A stretch of 33,812 nt of DNA from Phoronis australis (GCA_002633005.1 NMRA01000038.1:1-33812), one strand, 5' to 3'; shown: positions 10,732 to 23,078, counted from the stretch's first letter. Numbers and translations are program-made. The notes: generated from the letters alone by a model not told the origin.

Positions 10732-11547
10732 CTACCCGGTTTCACTAACTACTCTCCCTCCAGTATCAGTCATACATGCAGAGGTATGGCGGATGCTTTC
10801 TGAAGCATCTATGACAATGTAAAGAGAGGAAATTGCGCCGTAAGGCAACAATTGGATATCACACTCTATGTCGTCCTTCGCTGGAATATCTTCAGCATTT
10901 CTTGTTTCGATACAGCCTTCACCCTCGGATGTTGACTCTGTTTCGGAAACTGTCTCCCTACTATAAGCATCATCAGCGAACTGAGCGATACCTGACAATT
11001 TGATGAAGTCCTGTCGAACATCATCAACGTCGCCTGGTTTGTTTCTAACGTCCAATTTCATTACGTCTCTCCCTTCAGCATTCTGACGACCAATCGGCTC
11101 GTTTTCTCTGCCCATCTTCTCATGGACATTCTTTTTTCCTTTCTCGCTTTTCTTTGGAGAAATGGGACACACTTCACCCGACCTGTTTCTTTCACATTTA
11201 TCGCCTGCTTTCTGGATGCCTGACGAGTTTCCGATTTCGCACTCGAATTTGCAGTCGGCGACCTGCCCGGCGAGTGCCTCTGTTGTGCGGTCAACGTCTG
11301 ATACACATCTGACACCAGATTCCATTAACTCAGTGTCAATTTCTGCTTTCTCAACATGTACATCTCCTAACCCCTTGTCGTCCATTGCCGTGTTTGCAAA
11401 AGTGTCTTTGTTGCACGGGGATCTCCACATGACAGAGTTTACTTTCTCTGTTGTTCTCAACATAATGTGCCAAATAAAGTCTATAATCCATAATATTGTG
11501 ACTTTCACAATGTCTCGAATAACTCTGTGAGCCATTTCCAGGTTCAT
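10732..11547 (-). CDS. Copy B of the same uncharacterised gene, 271-aa ORF; the homologous sequence continues in another frame to the N at 10605
   Basis: ORF track 10732..11577 with first ATG at 11547 (caaaATGa). It joins in one frame what are two ORFs in copy A. There is a hydrophobic N-terminal patch (IVKVTILWIIDFIWHIML) and a D/E-rich body. Confidence 0.5.
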   Translation of the reverse strand: MNLEMAHRVIRDIVKVTILWIIDFIWHIMLRTTEKVNSVMWRSPCNKDTFANTAMDDKGLGDVHVEKAEIDTELMESGVRCVSDVDRTTEALAGQVADCKFECEIGNSSGIQKAGDKCERNRSGEVCPISPKKSEKGKKNVHEKMGRENEPIGRQNAEGRDVMKLDVRNKPGDVDDVRQDFIKLSGIAQFADDAYSRETVSETESTSEGEGCIETRNAEDIPAKDDIECDIQLLPYGAISSLYIVIDASESIRHTSACMTDTGGRVVSETG

Positions 11548-11854
11548 TTTGAAACAGTTCTCAATTGAATACGTCACGAATAGTCCGACGTCACCAACAC
11601 GTCAAATGCCAACACGATTTGAACATATATAACCCCCGCACATCCAAAGCGCACAATTACCGCGGATTACCGAAAATATAGGCCTACCAAAAGTAAGAAC
11701 GCCTATCGGTGTATTTCCGGAGAATTGTCTACAAGTACAGCCATGCAATTTTTTTGATAACTGCTGGCGTGCTTTGAAAATCTGAAATGTCATGCCATGT
11801 TTATGTAAAATTCTGTTTGTTTTGGCGAGACATTATATTTTGAGATCGCGATTT

Positions 11855-11906
11855 CGCGCGCGCGCCTGTGTGTGTGTGCGCGCGCGCGCGTGTGTGTGTG
11901 TGTGTA
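11855..11906. repeat. Compound (CG)n/(TG)n microsatellite
   Basis: Directly visible alternating CG and TG blocks just before the single N at 11912. Confidence 0.95.
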
Positions 11907-14900
11907 TGTTGNAGTCCTTATCTATGTGACGTTTTCTTCGTGATCACCCTTTATGGATCTTCAGTGAAGATGTCTCATGAGAAACGGAGTATCAGACAAT
12001 TGTAATGTATATATTATCGTTATGTTGTTTGAATATGAAGACTGTAATGTTGACATTTTGTGCGTTCCTCACTGCCATGTGCCTGGGTCATCTTTTACAC
12101 CAACTGACGCCTGACGCGAGATCGTCCCGTCGGCAATCTATTAAGGCCATTAAAAACAAGTGGAACGTCGCGTTCAAAAAAACTTTGAAAAATCCCTAAT
12201 GGATCATAAAATACTTGACCCGGTTTTGAAAAGTACGCCCTTCTTTTTTCCCAACATACGCCCGGGCATTTATTAGAATTCATTTTAGGTTTCAGGATAT
12301 CCACCCATGGTCCTATTTTTGGAAATTCTCGGCACACTCTGACCATATTATTTGAACAGGATATGGCCGGGTTTCACATTGCAGTTGGTTGATAGGGTGG
12401 GGCTTTGTCTGGTGTGAACATTACTGCGCATGCACTTAATATTTTGCCAGCAGTATTCCATAAGATGACTTTGAAGAGTTACGCTGCGACCGAGGCCAAT
12501 GTGCAGTCATAAAACATTTTTTAAAATATTGAAATAGGTCAGGCTTGGTGGTGTTTTAGGTAGGCATTGCATGTAGGCTAAGTGAATGTGGTTTGTTTGT
12601 ATTTGTGAACATGTTAGGAATGAAAAAAGGCCAATTGCTAGTGTAGCAGCACCCTTCTTCAAGGTAGTGGTCCCTGTTGCAATTGACCTATCGCAAGCTC
12701 CGCCCCTTGCGCAATGTCGACAAACAATAACTTTTATCTGGCAAAGCGTTTGTCGGGTAAAATGGCGGATTGGAATCAAAGGTTGTCAAGAATGCTGCGT
12801 TCTGATTGGTCAGTAAATCCGTCACTCAAAATTATGGGGATAGGTCAATTTTGCATTGCCGGGTAGCAACTGAGGAATTGGCTACGATTTCAGGTAGCCC
12901 TCAAACAAGCCAGATTTGCAAGAAAAACAGTTGGTTGCCAGTACATTTGAACCATATTTTTGGAATCAGTACGACCTTTGCTTTCAGAACTAAAGTTGGC
13001 TTTAGTCGTGCATCGGCAGGGCGGAAGTGGTGGTTTTGGGGTGAAAAATGCCGATTTTGTTTTCCCCTTTTTAGTCTACCTTGCTTTTCAGTAGGAGTGA
13101 AGGGGTCAAAAATAGAAGAGAGAATAAAGTTTCTGGGCTCAACTATAGCACGGCTTGTGATGTGAAATGACTCAAACTTTTCACTCTTTGCATATAGTTT
13201 TTGACAGAGGGCAGAACATAAGAGAAGTCCATGACATGTGGGAACCTGTGCCCCCTAAGAAATACACAGGAAGGAACGATAATCGATAATATAAAAGTCG
13301 TGGGAGATAACTACACAATTTGTCGATAGCCTGTCTCAGACATATGCATGTTAAGATTTGTTATTGCTAAATCAGCAGAAGAGAATTCGATCTGGGTCGT
13401 GGGATTTTGCCGCGCTAGTCGCAAATAGCGACCTGGCCAAAGAAAAGCCGTTGAGGGCTGATTACTACTTCAGAAATGAAGGAAAATGCTTGTTTTAAAA
13501 GGTGAAATTTCCCCCTGGGCGAAAGGGGGGACGCCACCCCTAACCACTCCCCATTAGGCACTACGCTCGTCTACAACGAATTGCCATTTGCGCGCTTGTC
13601 TACGAGACAAATTGTTGGCCTCCCCTTATGATATCCTATATCCGCCACTGGATGATTTATTGTAATCTTGACCAGTATTGCTCTGGAGACAACACTGATT
13701 TCGGGCTCATACATGTTGCCAGTTGTGACCTTTGACGTATGGTTAAGGCGAGAACGTGTCATGGCGATATGTGTTACAAGTTTCTGACGATCAGGAGGTT
13801 TAATATGTCTAAAAAATTTTGAATTCGCCAATTATCGTTTGTATACTGCATGCAGTGAAGTTCTGGAGGAAAGAAATTTGATCTTCAATGCATACGCCAG
13901 TACGGTTTTAGGCTACTGAAAATCAGTTCATTAAAATTCCGTTAAAAATGAGAAAGATCCTGTTACGGAGATAATGATTGGCGATGAGCTGTTTATTCCT
14001 CCGTGGCCCAGTTACGGTGCGTGAACACTAGACACGTAACCCGTCTTTCTAATACAGGGCACGCTCCACAAAGTTGTATAAATTGTGGAACACAAATTCG
14101 CGATCTGCCCAAATAATTTCAAATTAAAATCGTACATGTACCTGTGATAGTTGCCAGGCCTGAAAAAAACAGTACCAGTTCCTAACCAGCATATGAAACA
14201 CGTATTATAAACTAAATTACTTGACTTAACAAAATACAACTCTCAAGGTAACACAGTGGCCGAATTGACCGCGCCCATTATAAGAGGCGTGAACTGGAAA
14301 ACATCTGACAAAGCACGTACATGGTTAATAAAACGCAACAACTGTCAGAACTATAAACTTGGTTAGCAACAACATACCCATATTTAGCAGCTCAGCTACA
14401 AAAAATAGAGACACAATCAAGCTGTGGAGAACTTGCATAACATATCTCGGTAACAAAGCACGTCAATTCGTGTCAAAAGATGTCCACTAAAGCGCCCAAA
14501 AATGCCCAATCAGACGATCAAAAGAGACGCGATAAAAACACAGCGCCCTCAGTGGCAATCAGGAACACTAACACAATCAACAAACACCCAACGGAAAATC
14601 GTATCCGTAACAGGTCCCATTTTGCGCAAAAAACGTTGCTTAAGCTCTAATTATATATACATGTAACGTCGTACGGAAAATGACGAATATTGTATCCAAT
14701 GAGCGTGACAACATCAGCTGAGTGACATGCACTTTTATCATTTGTGCAAACTTTCACGAGGTTATTTTTACACAAAAGGATGGGAAATAACGCGTACTAT
14801 TCAGCGCCTTATCTTCCGATTACGTGGTGGTATTTTTGTTTACTTAAGATGGCCACTGAAAAGACTAATTACAGTTGAAGCAATTGTCTCACGCGAAGCA

Positions 14901-15181
14901 AAGATTAAACGATGTTTACCCAGCGGCTGCTCGCCAGTATTATGACTACGGAGATTCGCTCACGCCGAGTGGGAAACGTCATCGTTTCTTTTATAAGGCA
15001 GAGTGTTTTCGTTGTACAATCATTTTCACCTAAGACTGCGTCGTAGCCAGATTGTCAAACTGACGGGCTGTGTATGCATTATTTACCACTTTGGTATTAC
15101 TGTGATAAACGACTGTTTTTTTCGAACTGTAGACCGAGTGCGTAAGTTTAGAGTTCAGTAACTTTGAGACTCACCGTCAGC

Positions 15182-16363
15182 ATGGAGGAACAGTTTGAAT
15201 ACATCTCGAACGTCACAGTGTCGCCGTGTGTTGCCAACAACATTACTGAAGACTTTGACAGTGAAAGCAAGACCGTAGAAAGAATTGTCGCGATGGTTGT
15301 TCCCACTGTTTTTGCGTTCATCGTCGCCTTTGGTTTCGTAGGAAACCTTCTCGTCATTATCGTGGTTTTGTCGAACAAACAAATGAGGAACACGACCAAT
15401 GTTCTGATAACTAACCTGGCCGTCACCGACCTGGCCTTCATCATTATTTGTGTCCCCTTTACGGCTGTTAGATACTCGGTGACTGTTTGGGAGTTTGGCC
15501 AGATTTGGTGCAAGTTCATACACTTTATTATCTACTGCACAGCATGGGCCAGTATCTACACTCTTGTATTCATGTCTGTCGACCGCTATTTAGCGGTCGT
15601 ACACGCAGTTAGCGCAACTTCAATTCGAACTCCCCGAAATGCAACAGTAAGTCTAGTGATCATGTGGTGTTGCGTAGTTTTGATAAACATTCCCACGTGG
15701 ATGTCGCACGACCTACACGACTATTATTACTATAATTTGGGTCACTGCGAAAAGCGGGTGCTCTGCCGATTCAGACCAGGAGGAGATAATGTGACGTCAC
15801 GCGTACAGTACACTCGGTTATTCTACACAAGCTTTCTGGTGTTCGGATTTCTTCTGCCGTTGTTTATCATCTGCATCCTGTATGGATTCATGCTACATCG
15901 CTTGCTTTACGGCGTGCCGTTGCGCAAAAGTTCGTCCTCTAAAACCGCCCATTCAAAGAAACGTGTGACGCGCTTGATCCTCATCGTTGTCTCCTTTTTC
16001 ACCGCCTGCTGGTTACCCTTGCACGTGATGCTGATGCGAATGTCATATTATGATCCGAAAAAAGCTCCAGTGTCTGTGGGAGAGTTTGTCTGGACTGTCT
16101 CAGCTAACGTGTTAGCCTTCATCAATTCCTGTGTAAATCCAATCATATACGCATTTTTGTCGAAGCATTTTAGATATGGTTTCAAAAAAATTCTTTTCTG
16201 TAAGACCTTGTCATATTCACACGGCATAACCATCACAAAAACTAGTGCAACCAAAAAAGATTTGCCAAGCAACTGCTCTCGTCCAGCCAATGGCGGAGAC
16301 AAAGGGCAAGAAATCAGCTACCAACAAATAGATGCCAAGCCAAGCTTTACCACAGCTTTGTGA
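15182..16363 (+). CDS. AstA-R: Class A (rhodopsin-like) neuropeptide GPCR, allatostatin-A/buccalin/galanin receptor-like, 393 aa, single coding exon
   Basis: Uninterrupted ORF from ATG 15182 to TGA 16361-16363. Seven hydrophobic segments carry the canonical motifs: TM1 GFVGNLLV, TM2 NLAVTDL, TM3 IWCK...MSVDRYLAVVH, TM6 CWLPLH, TM7 NSCVNPIIY and helix 8 FLSKHFRYGFKK. N-terminal NxT sites (NVT, NIT). NKQMRNTTNVLITNLA, CVPFTA and ASIYTLVFMSVDRYLAVVH closely resemble invertebrate AstA receptors as I recall them. GPCR identity is near certain; the subfamily is likely; exact orthology is not established. Confidence 0.9.
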   Translation: MEEQFEYISNVTVSPCVANNITEDFDSESKTVERIVAMVVPTVFAFIVAFGFVGNLLVIIVVLSNKQMRNTTNVLITNLAVTDLAFIIICVPFTAVRYSVTVWEFGQIWCKFIHFIIYCTAWASIYTLVFMSVDRYLAVVHAVSATSIRTPRNATVSLVIMWCCVVLINIPTWMSHDLHDYYYYNLGHCEKRVLCRFRPGGDNVTSRVQYTRLFYTSFLVFGFLLPLFIICILYGFMLHRLLYGVPLRKSSSSKTAHSKKRVTRLILIVVSFFTACWLPLHVMLMRMSYYDPKKAPVSVGEFVWTVSANVLAFINSCVNPIIYAFLSKHFRYGFKKILFCKTLSYSHGITITKTSATKKDLPSNCSRPANGGDKGQEISYQQIDAKPSFTTAL

Positions 16364-16801
16364 CAGAGACCCAATAGTTAACCTGGATTTATTTTACCGG
16401 TACGTGTGTTTTACCCTGTTGGAAGTAGCCTATACTTTCACCATTTCAGTCAATCCAACGTTAGGCTTCTCGTCGTTTTTAATCAATAGAATATAGTTCG
16501 AGATGACTGGCATTGCATTAAATGGCTATGAAATTTCTTTTTTATGTGTTTTACATTCTTTTGTTTTCAAAGTTCAAAAAAATGTCATTTGATGAACTTC
16601 TCTGTCGTATCATCGTTCTCAAACCACAAGATTGAACGCTGACCGTGGACGGAAGGCAGTTGACTGTGTCCCACATTTGCCTATGTTGTGCCACAATTCC
16701 TTTCAAGCGAGGCTTCACATACATGTACCAGTGCGATGATAAACACAGTACCTTCAATAGTGTTAATATGTGCCTGGCAATGTTGATATTATTTTATTAG
16801 G

Positions 16802-16807
16802 AATAAA
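16802..16807 (+). terminator. Candidate polyadenylation signal of the GPCR (second AATAAA at 16927-16932)
   Basis: AATAAA about 440 nt after the stop codon in AT-rich sequence; no transcript evidence. Confidence 0.35.
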
Positions 16808-17123
16808 AATCAAGAAACGAGTGGAACAAATTTCGCCATAAAGCTGTGCATGTCAAATTTTCTGGACTTTTGGAAATAATTGTTTATTAATTACTTTCAT
16901 TTTAAACTATGTGTTTCATTATCTTCAATAAACGATCAATTTATAAAAACATATCTTGCGGGTTCTTTTGAATCTTGCGGAATCTCATATATCTTGCGGG
17001 ATCATGTCATTCAAATTACTTGATTTTTCACGTGGTTGATTTTCTTTTGCAAGCCGGCTTCGGTCTTGAAACAAAAGAAACACAAGTACTAGTTTGACAA
17101 CTTCTGTCTGGAAATAATATTTT

Positions 17124-17720
17124 NNNNNNNNNNNNNNNNNNNNNNNNNNNNNNNNNNNNNNNNNNNNNNNNNNNNNNNNNNNNNNNNNNNNNNNNNNNNN
17201 NNNNNNNNNNNNNNNNNNNNNNNNNNNNNNNNNNNNNNNNNNNNNNNNNNNNNNNNNNNNNNNNNNNNNNNNNNNNNNNNNNNNNNNNNNNNNNNNNNNN
17301 NNNNNNNNNNNNNNNNNNNNNNNNNNNNNNNNNNNNNNNNNNNNNNNNNNNNNNNNNNNNNNNNNNNNNNNNNNNNNNNNNNNNNNNNNNNNNNNNNNNN
17401 NNNNNNNNNNNNNNNNNNNNNNNNNNNNNNNNNNNNNNNNNNNNNNNNNNNNNNNNNNNNNNNNNNNNNNNNNNNNNNNNNNNNNNNNNNNNNNNNNNNN
17501 NNNNNNNNNNNNNNNNNNNNNNNNNNNNNNNNNNNNNNNNNNNNNNNNNNNNNNNNNNNNNNNNNNNNNNNNNNNNNNNNNNNNNNNNNNNNNNNNNNNN
17601 NNNNNNNNNNNNNNNNNNNNNNNNNNNNNNNNNNNNNNNNNNNNNNNNNNNNNNNNNNNNNNNNNNNNNNNNNNNNNNNNNNNNNNNNNNNNNNNNNNNN
17701 NNNNNNNNNNNNNNNNNNNN
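17124..17720. other. Assembly gap
   Basis: Run of N. Confidence 1.
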
Positions 17721-19013
17721 AAAAAAACGGGGGCACCATTGTGAATTGCGCGTTTGTGCTTGTTTAGTGGCCTTTTGTCTCATTTTCTCGGAGGCGGACC
17801 CCCCGAGCCCCCCTTCCCTGGGTGCGCGCATGCACTATATTTCTTTTTCACTGACACACATCCCCCTCCCACGCATTATTCCGAGCCCGATAAAATACAT
17901 ATGTAGCAACATTAAACGATAACATAAACAAACCGCCAACTAACCCCGAACAGGATATACTCACATTCTTTCCACGCCTTTGATTTAATTTGTAAAAAAG
18001 TAGACATAAAAAAAAACATTTAATAATCTGCTGTTCAACTCTTCAGACAGAACACAGGGCCAAACTCAGTTCTTGAATTGCATTCTTCTGAACGCGCGAC
18101 TTGTTTATTTTCCAAAAAGATCTAAATATTTACAGAACTTGAGATCTTTCTAGCACATGTGCATCAATTTTCTCTAAAAATATTATGAACGCACGAAGAA
18201 ATTCGCTTAGCACTTCTGTCATCATTCATTAAATGTGAACTGCTCCACAGGTGAATTAACGTTAGTAAGTTCATGGTGTCTAATATTATTTTACGCGTCG
18301 ACTACCCAGTATCGCCACATAATAGCGCGTTACTCGTGAATTTGTGTACCCAAGAGGTGATCTCAGAGCTCCAGTGTGTGCAGTCGCAGTTTTAGAAAAA
18401 TAGGAATAAAGCTAAACAACAGAATAATATTTACGGACGATTATGAGATGTTCAAACATCTTGTAAAATTGTCAGCGACAGTTGTTTTTATTTTCTTAAT
18501 CAGGCACTACATGTTCTTGTAAACACATTCCCGCCAATTTTTTGATCACTCGTATTAAACAGAATCGCCACACAGGTAATCCACGAAATTTTAAGCAAAA
18601 ACAAGGAGATGTTTTTAGTATTTACACTATGTGCTAAGAATAAAGTAAAAATTCAGACAAGTGAACTCACTTTGAGCTCATCAATATTTAGCAGTCGTCT
18701 TCGTGATCACGAGCGTTGATAAAGCATCGATATTTTCAATGAAATTTAATTAAATGGATAACGGTCACTGTCTGTGTTAAAAATGCTACGATGTATTCAA
18801 ATGAAAAATGGTGAGCGGGATACAAGCACTGCGGAGATTGAATAATGTTTGTGATACGACCGCGAGAACCGAAAAATTGTGCGCGAAGAGGAACACGCGA
18901 CCGTGAGAGGGGGAGTGCGCGCGTGAAATTAAAGAATAAAGCGCCGATAGGCAAGAGCCCCACAAAGACAGGGGAGTCTAGGCGCCCTGAAGAAAAAGGA
19001 GTTATAGATTTGT

Positions 19014-19248
19014 GGCCCCTTCCAAGAAAGTGACTTAAGTTCGTCTTTGACTTAAGTCTTAAGTTTGCTTCAACTTCCCAACTTTGAAACTTCCATATTA
19101 AGTAAGTTACACAAAATTAAGACAAAACTGAAGTCAAAAAATAAGTTTTAAAATCTCTTTCTTGAAACGGGCTTGAGACAAATTTAAGTTTTATTGACTG
19201 AAATAAAAGACCTGTCTTAGCTAAGTCAGTTTTTTTTGGAACAGGCCC
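19014..19248. mobile_element. Decayed AT-rich MITE with GGCC-type termini (Harbinger-like)
   Basis: ggccccttccaagaaagtgactta versus the reverse complement of taagtcagttttttttggaacaggccc; internal (c)ttaag repeats; TSD not clean. Confidence 0.55.
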
Positions 19249-19318
19249 TTGTGCTGTATTCGCTAAGATAACAATTGTATTCACGAAACCAATTATTTTG
19301 ATTAAATTTAACCCGTTC

Positions 19319-19475
19319 CAGGGGCGGATCCAGGCCTTTGAATTGGGGGGGGGGGTGCAGAGCAGAGTACTACCCAGGATTTTGCATGTCAGACATTCGC
19401 ACCCCGAACTGCCAAATGGAATCTGGGAGAATTTTAAGGGGGGGGGCATGGCTCCTTGCCCCCCTCTCCCTTAGA
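19319..19475. mobile_element. Second copy (opposite orientation) of the MITE at 1999-2153
   Basis: Starts caggggcggatccagg; shares caccccgaa, aatctgggagaat and ggggcatggc with the reverse complement of 1999-2153. Confidence 0.8.
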
Positions 19476-19484
19476 CGTCAAGAT

Positions 19485-20249
19485 GACCCTAGTATTTTCC
19501 CCCAAAACTACATCTCCATTCGAAAGGCGCTCCAACGAACATCGCAGCTGGTTCCCAAGAATAACTCGTACGACCACCGTAGGAACTCGAGGTCTTTAGA
19601 ATTGTCTACCGAACCCTAAAAACTCGCGTTATACGTTGCGCAGTTCTCACAATGTTCGTAAGGAAATCGCAAGACTTGTCCTAAAATGACAAGTTGATTG
19701 GTAAAAACTGCAGCTGTTTTCAAAATGAACTAGACAAACTTCAGTCAACAGATCCTCCTTGACCTCGCCAAACATTACGCGTAAACATCTTGCCCGAATT
19801 ATTTGTTAGCTTAGCAATAAAATAGCGTTTTCTTCGAGTTTTGCCGGAGTTTAATGTGACGTTATGGCTTATAGCCTCTAATTATTCGTTCAGGTATTGG
19901 ATTTGCGCAGTAAGTTGTCGCGACAAAGTGAATGAAGCAACAACTGTAGAGATTTTGTCGAGATTTAGCCAGAATTGAAACGTTAAATTCTACATGAAGT
20001 TGCAAATGAATGGCTATTCAGTCGCTGTTTTGAGCACCGAAACGTGTCGCATTTCGACGTTGTCAGTTTTAAATTTTTCTTTTGAAGGTTATTGTATCTT
20101 GGACAAGACCATCGACTTAGCTGGGGATTGAAAAACGGTCTTCGAAGGCTAGATTCTCGCACGACCGCCTCAAGAAGTCCGTGGGAAATGTTCTTGAGTC
20201 GTCTGCAAGATGTTCGCAGTCGGTCGTAGAGGGTACTTGTGACCTAGGT
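19485..20249. mobile_element. Highly decayed palindromic element
   Basis: Patchy inverted similarity (cgaacatc...caagaa vs ttcttg...gatgttcg; cttgtcc vs ggacaag) between termini accctagt and acctaggt. Confidence 0.35.
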
Positions 20250-21262
20250 TTCATTGCGATTGATACCTGCATCTAACGTGTAAGAGTTGGCTCCTCCTGC
20301 CAAACCAATTTGTTGAAGCAAGACTAATCGTTTTTAAAAAAACTTTTGGGTCACCTGTACTTTGACTTTTAAGTCGGATCTTTATAAGGAAGCATGACCC
20401 CTTTGACTCTATCTAAATCCACCACATCAATAGCACCAATAAAAGAATTCATGAAAAACTGACATGTTACACGATCTTTATGAAGTCAAGAACTAGTCGT
20501 ACGTGGCACCTACATGTACATGTAAAGTATTCGTGCAGTGTAGCTGTGACTAGACATTCTTGGGGAATGTATCAAGACAAGTTAACAGCTACATGTATGG
20601 GCAGTGATTAATTGTCAAATTTCGATGGAGATGTTTTTTCCTCAATGACACAATGTTATAATATGTCAGTTATTTTTCTTGTACTAATTTTTAGAGTGAT
20701 GCCTAAACTGTTCCTGTAGCTAGTCAATCTGCGTTCCCATTAAATGCTGGGAGACTCGGCTAAACCATTGAGTCGATGGGCTTGCACTGCAAGATGATTA
20801 TTATTTTTGTGTTTTATTGATTTTTGTGTGCAAATACGATGATTTCGGGAATGATTGAACTAAAAGCTGGCAATTTTCCCTGCGGAGAAATTCGGAATGA
20901 TGTTTAACGTAACATTTTAAGCTATAGAAATATTAATGGCGACGGTAGCAGAGATCGGATTGAGATGTCAAAATGACTAAATTCTATCGCCGTCATGTTT
21001 CAAGTGACTTATTGCACTTAATTGCTAACTCATTTGGTTAGCGATAAAAACAGGCGCGTGAGAAGTGAAGATGCCTAGTTCAGCTATATCAAATTCTGCT
21101 TAGAGAATCGTTAGAATTCGGATTACACATGGCTACTTATGTTTTGAAGTCATCACGCACTGTACTAAGATTGTATGGCTCTATTAGTCTCTAAAGTTAG
21201 ATGCAGAGGAAAATGAACACCATGTAACACAGAACAACGTTCACGTACGCAGTGCATTCGTA

Positions 21263-21688
21263 TTAAAGAGACGTTGGCAACAATGTAGGCAGACAAAACG
21301 GGACGACGTAAGGTTAAATCAAACGAGATGCCGACGAGGTCGTTGTTTAATTTGACGTGTATTTTATTTTGTCATTTTTCACTAAAACACAGCATTGAAG
21401 GCATCCGCGAAAAATGTCTCGTCACACTGAAAAACACTCATCCACGAATGAGGGCGAGAACATGTTTATACTACCGAGTCGGGTAATGCAAAAAGCGAGA
21501 TTGATGACCTAAGATTAGTTTAACAGTAACGCTGCTCTAAAACTCAGAAAAATACGTTTATTTACTAAAGCTTATGATGTGCTTTGGAGTTCCAACGATT
21601 CATAATCGGTCAGAAAAAAGGAAAAAGGTGTTTTTGACTGCCTATGTCGAGCTAGGTTGCAACGTGTGTTAGCCTCGGTCGCATTTAA
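21263..21688. mobile_element. TTAA-bounded MITE, Kolobok-like
   Basis: TTAA at both ends; taggcagacaaaa near the left end mirrors ttttgactgccta near the right end. Confidence 0.45.
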
Positions 21689-22170
21689 AGCAGACCACCA
21701 GCGTCGATTGGAAGGGGCTCTACCTCCACAAAAAATTTTTTTCTTTCGCATACAACATTCGGTCTACACTTAAATATTAGGTAATAATTCACGAAAAACA
21801 AATGAACATTTCTTGGGCACGCTCTTATGGATGTTACTCATACTAGCAACGTATATTGCGTCACCTTGTTAATGGATGTCAGAGTTAATTACTTGTGTTT
21901 CGAAAGTCACTTAATCTATCCTCAGCTATACTGTAAGATGGCCGCGGTGTGCGCGAAAAGCTTTACATACTCTGTACGGTTTGCATGCGGTATTCACTGC
22001 AGACGAAGCCTCTACAAATAAATGATCTAACACACTTTCCGGTTAATTATCTCGCACACTCGGTCCACAGATGCACGCGACGTCTTAAACATTTCGATCC
22101 GAAAACGAGTTGATTTATGTTTGTGGGAAAAGACAAATTTAAAAAAGATAAGGAGTAAGTGACTGTCCTG

Positions 22171-22559
22171 GGCCCTGAATCTAATCTTTGTACTCGAAAC
22201 TAACTCGAAAATATGTTTAGCAATTCCTCTGCTACTTTTATGCGAACTCATGATAAGTGGTTATTAGACGGTGTTCGAATACATTATAGTTTACGCATAC
22301 GAGTTTCTAGTCCAAGTTTGCTCTTTATGACCCTTTTATTCGTGGTACAAACTCGAGTAAAAGCTCGAAATTTCGAGTTCAAAGCCTTAATGTTGGGTTT
22401 ATCAGATGCAAACTAGGACTAAAAAGTTATCCACTTAAGTCACTATGCACTCGAGCATAAAATAACATAAAATTATCTTGAGTTCGCACAAAAGTAGAGT
22501 AGAAAATGTCAAACATAATTCTGAGTTCCATTTCGAGTAAAAAGATTAGAACCCAGACC
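22171..22559. mobile_element. ~390-bp palindromic PIF/Harbinger-like MITE, copy 1, CTG TSD
   Basis: CTG at 22168-22170 and 22560-22562; long imperfect TIRs (tctaatctttgtactcgaaa / tttcgagtaaaaagattaga); colinear with 27144-27532. Confidence 0.85.
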
Positions 22560-23078
22560 CTGATTTATCAAGTATTCAATGAGTCAAGGCAGGACGAAAA
22601 GATTGTTGAGGCGGTGGAATTACTTAACGAGCTTACTGGTCGTCAACAATAGAAGTGAACCATTCCTTGATTGGTTTCGGTTGTTAAGGGTCGGTGTATC
22701 ATGTTTTAAATATATTAAAATCATATTCACACTCCTAAGTAAACTGCAGACATTTTACAATTAGTAAATTGATACATCAAGGACGTATGAATGCCCCCAA
22801 CCAAATTCTTAATAGCTGCTAGACACAAATGGTACAAGTTAACCCTACATCATCGGTGAGAAAAAAGATTTTCAGAAATCGAATTCAGTGCGACATAAAA
22901 CTACCTACATGTACCCCCGCGGTTGCAGGCTACCGCTCTGCTGGCGGATTTAAATCTCATTCGATCAGGATACATGGACTGGCGATTTGTAATAATGAAA
23001 TAAAATAATGATTTTTGTTGTTTTACGGCTCAGAATAAAAGTAAAAACTTCAGTTAAACCAATTCAACAATAATCCTG

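Larger units (their letters stand above)
10606..13910. repeat. Tandem segmental duplication or redundant haplotype, copy B
   Basis: Begins immediately after the single N at 10605; homology ends at tacggtttta (13901-13910). Confidence 0.97.

Noticed and set aside
15148-16302. Minus-strand ORFs overlapping the GPCR
   Set aside because: Antisense shadows of a real CDS.
16953-16999. Three copies of atcttgcgg downstream of the GPCR
   Set aside because: Too short to distinguish a regulatory motif from local slippage or a repeat end beside the gap.
17028-17831. Long ORFs of 267 and 216 aa (also 8143-8577)
   Set aside because: Artefacts of translating through N gaps.
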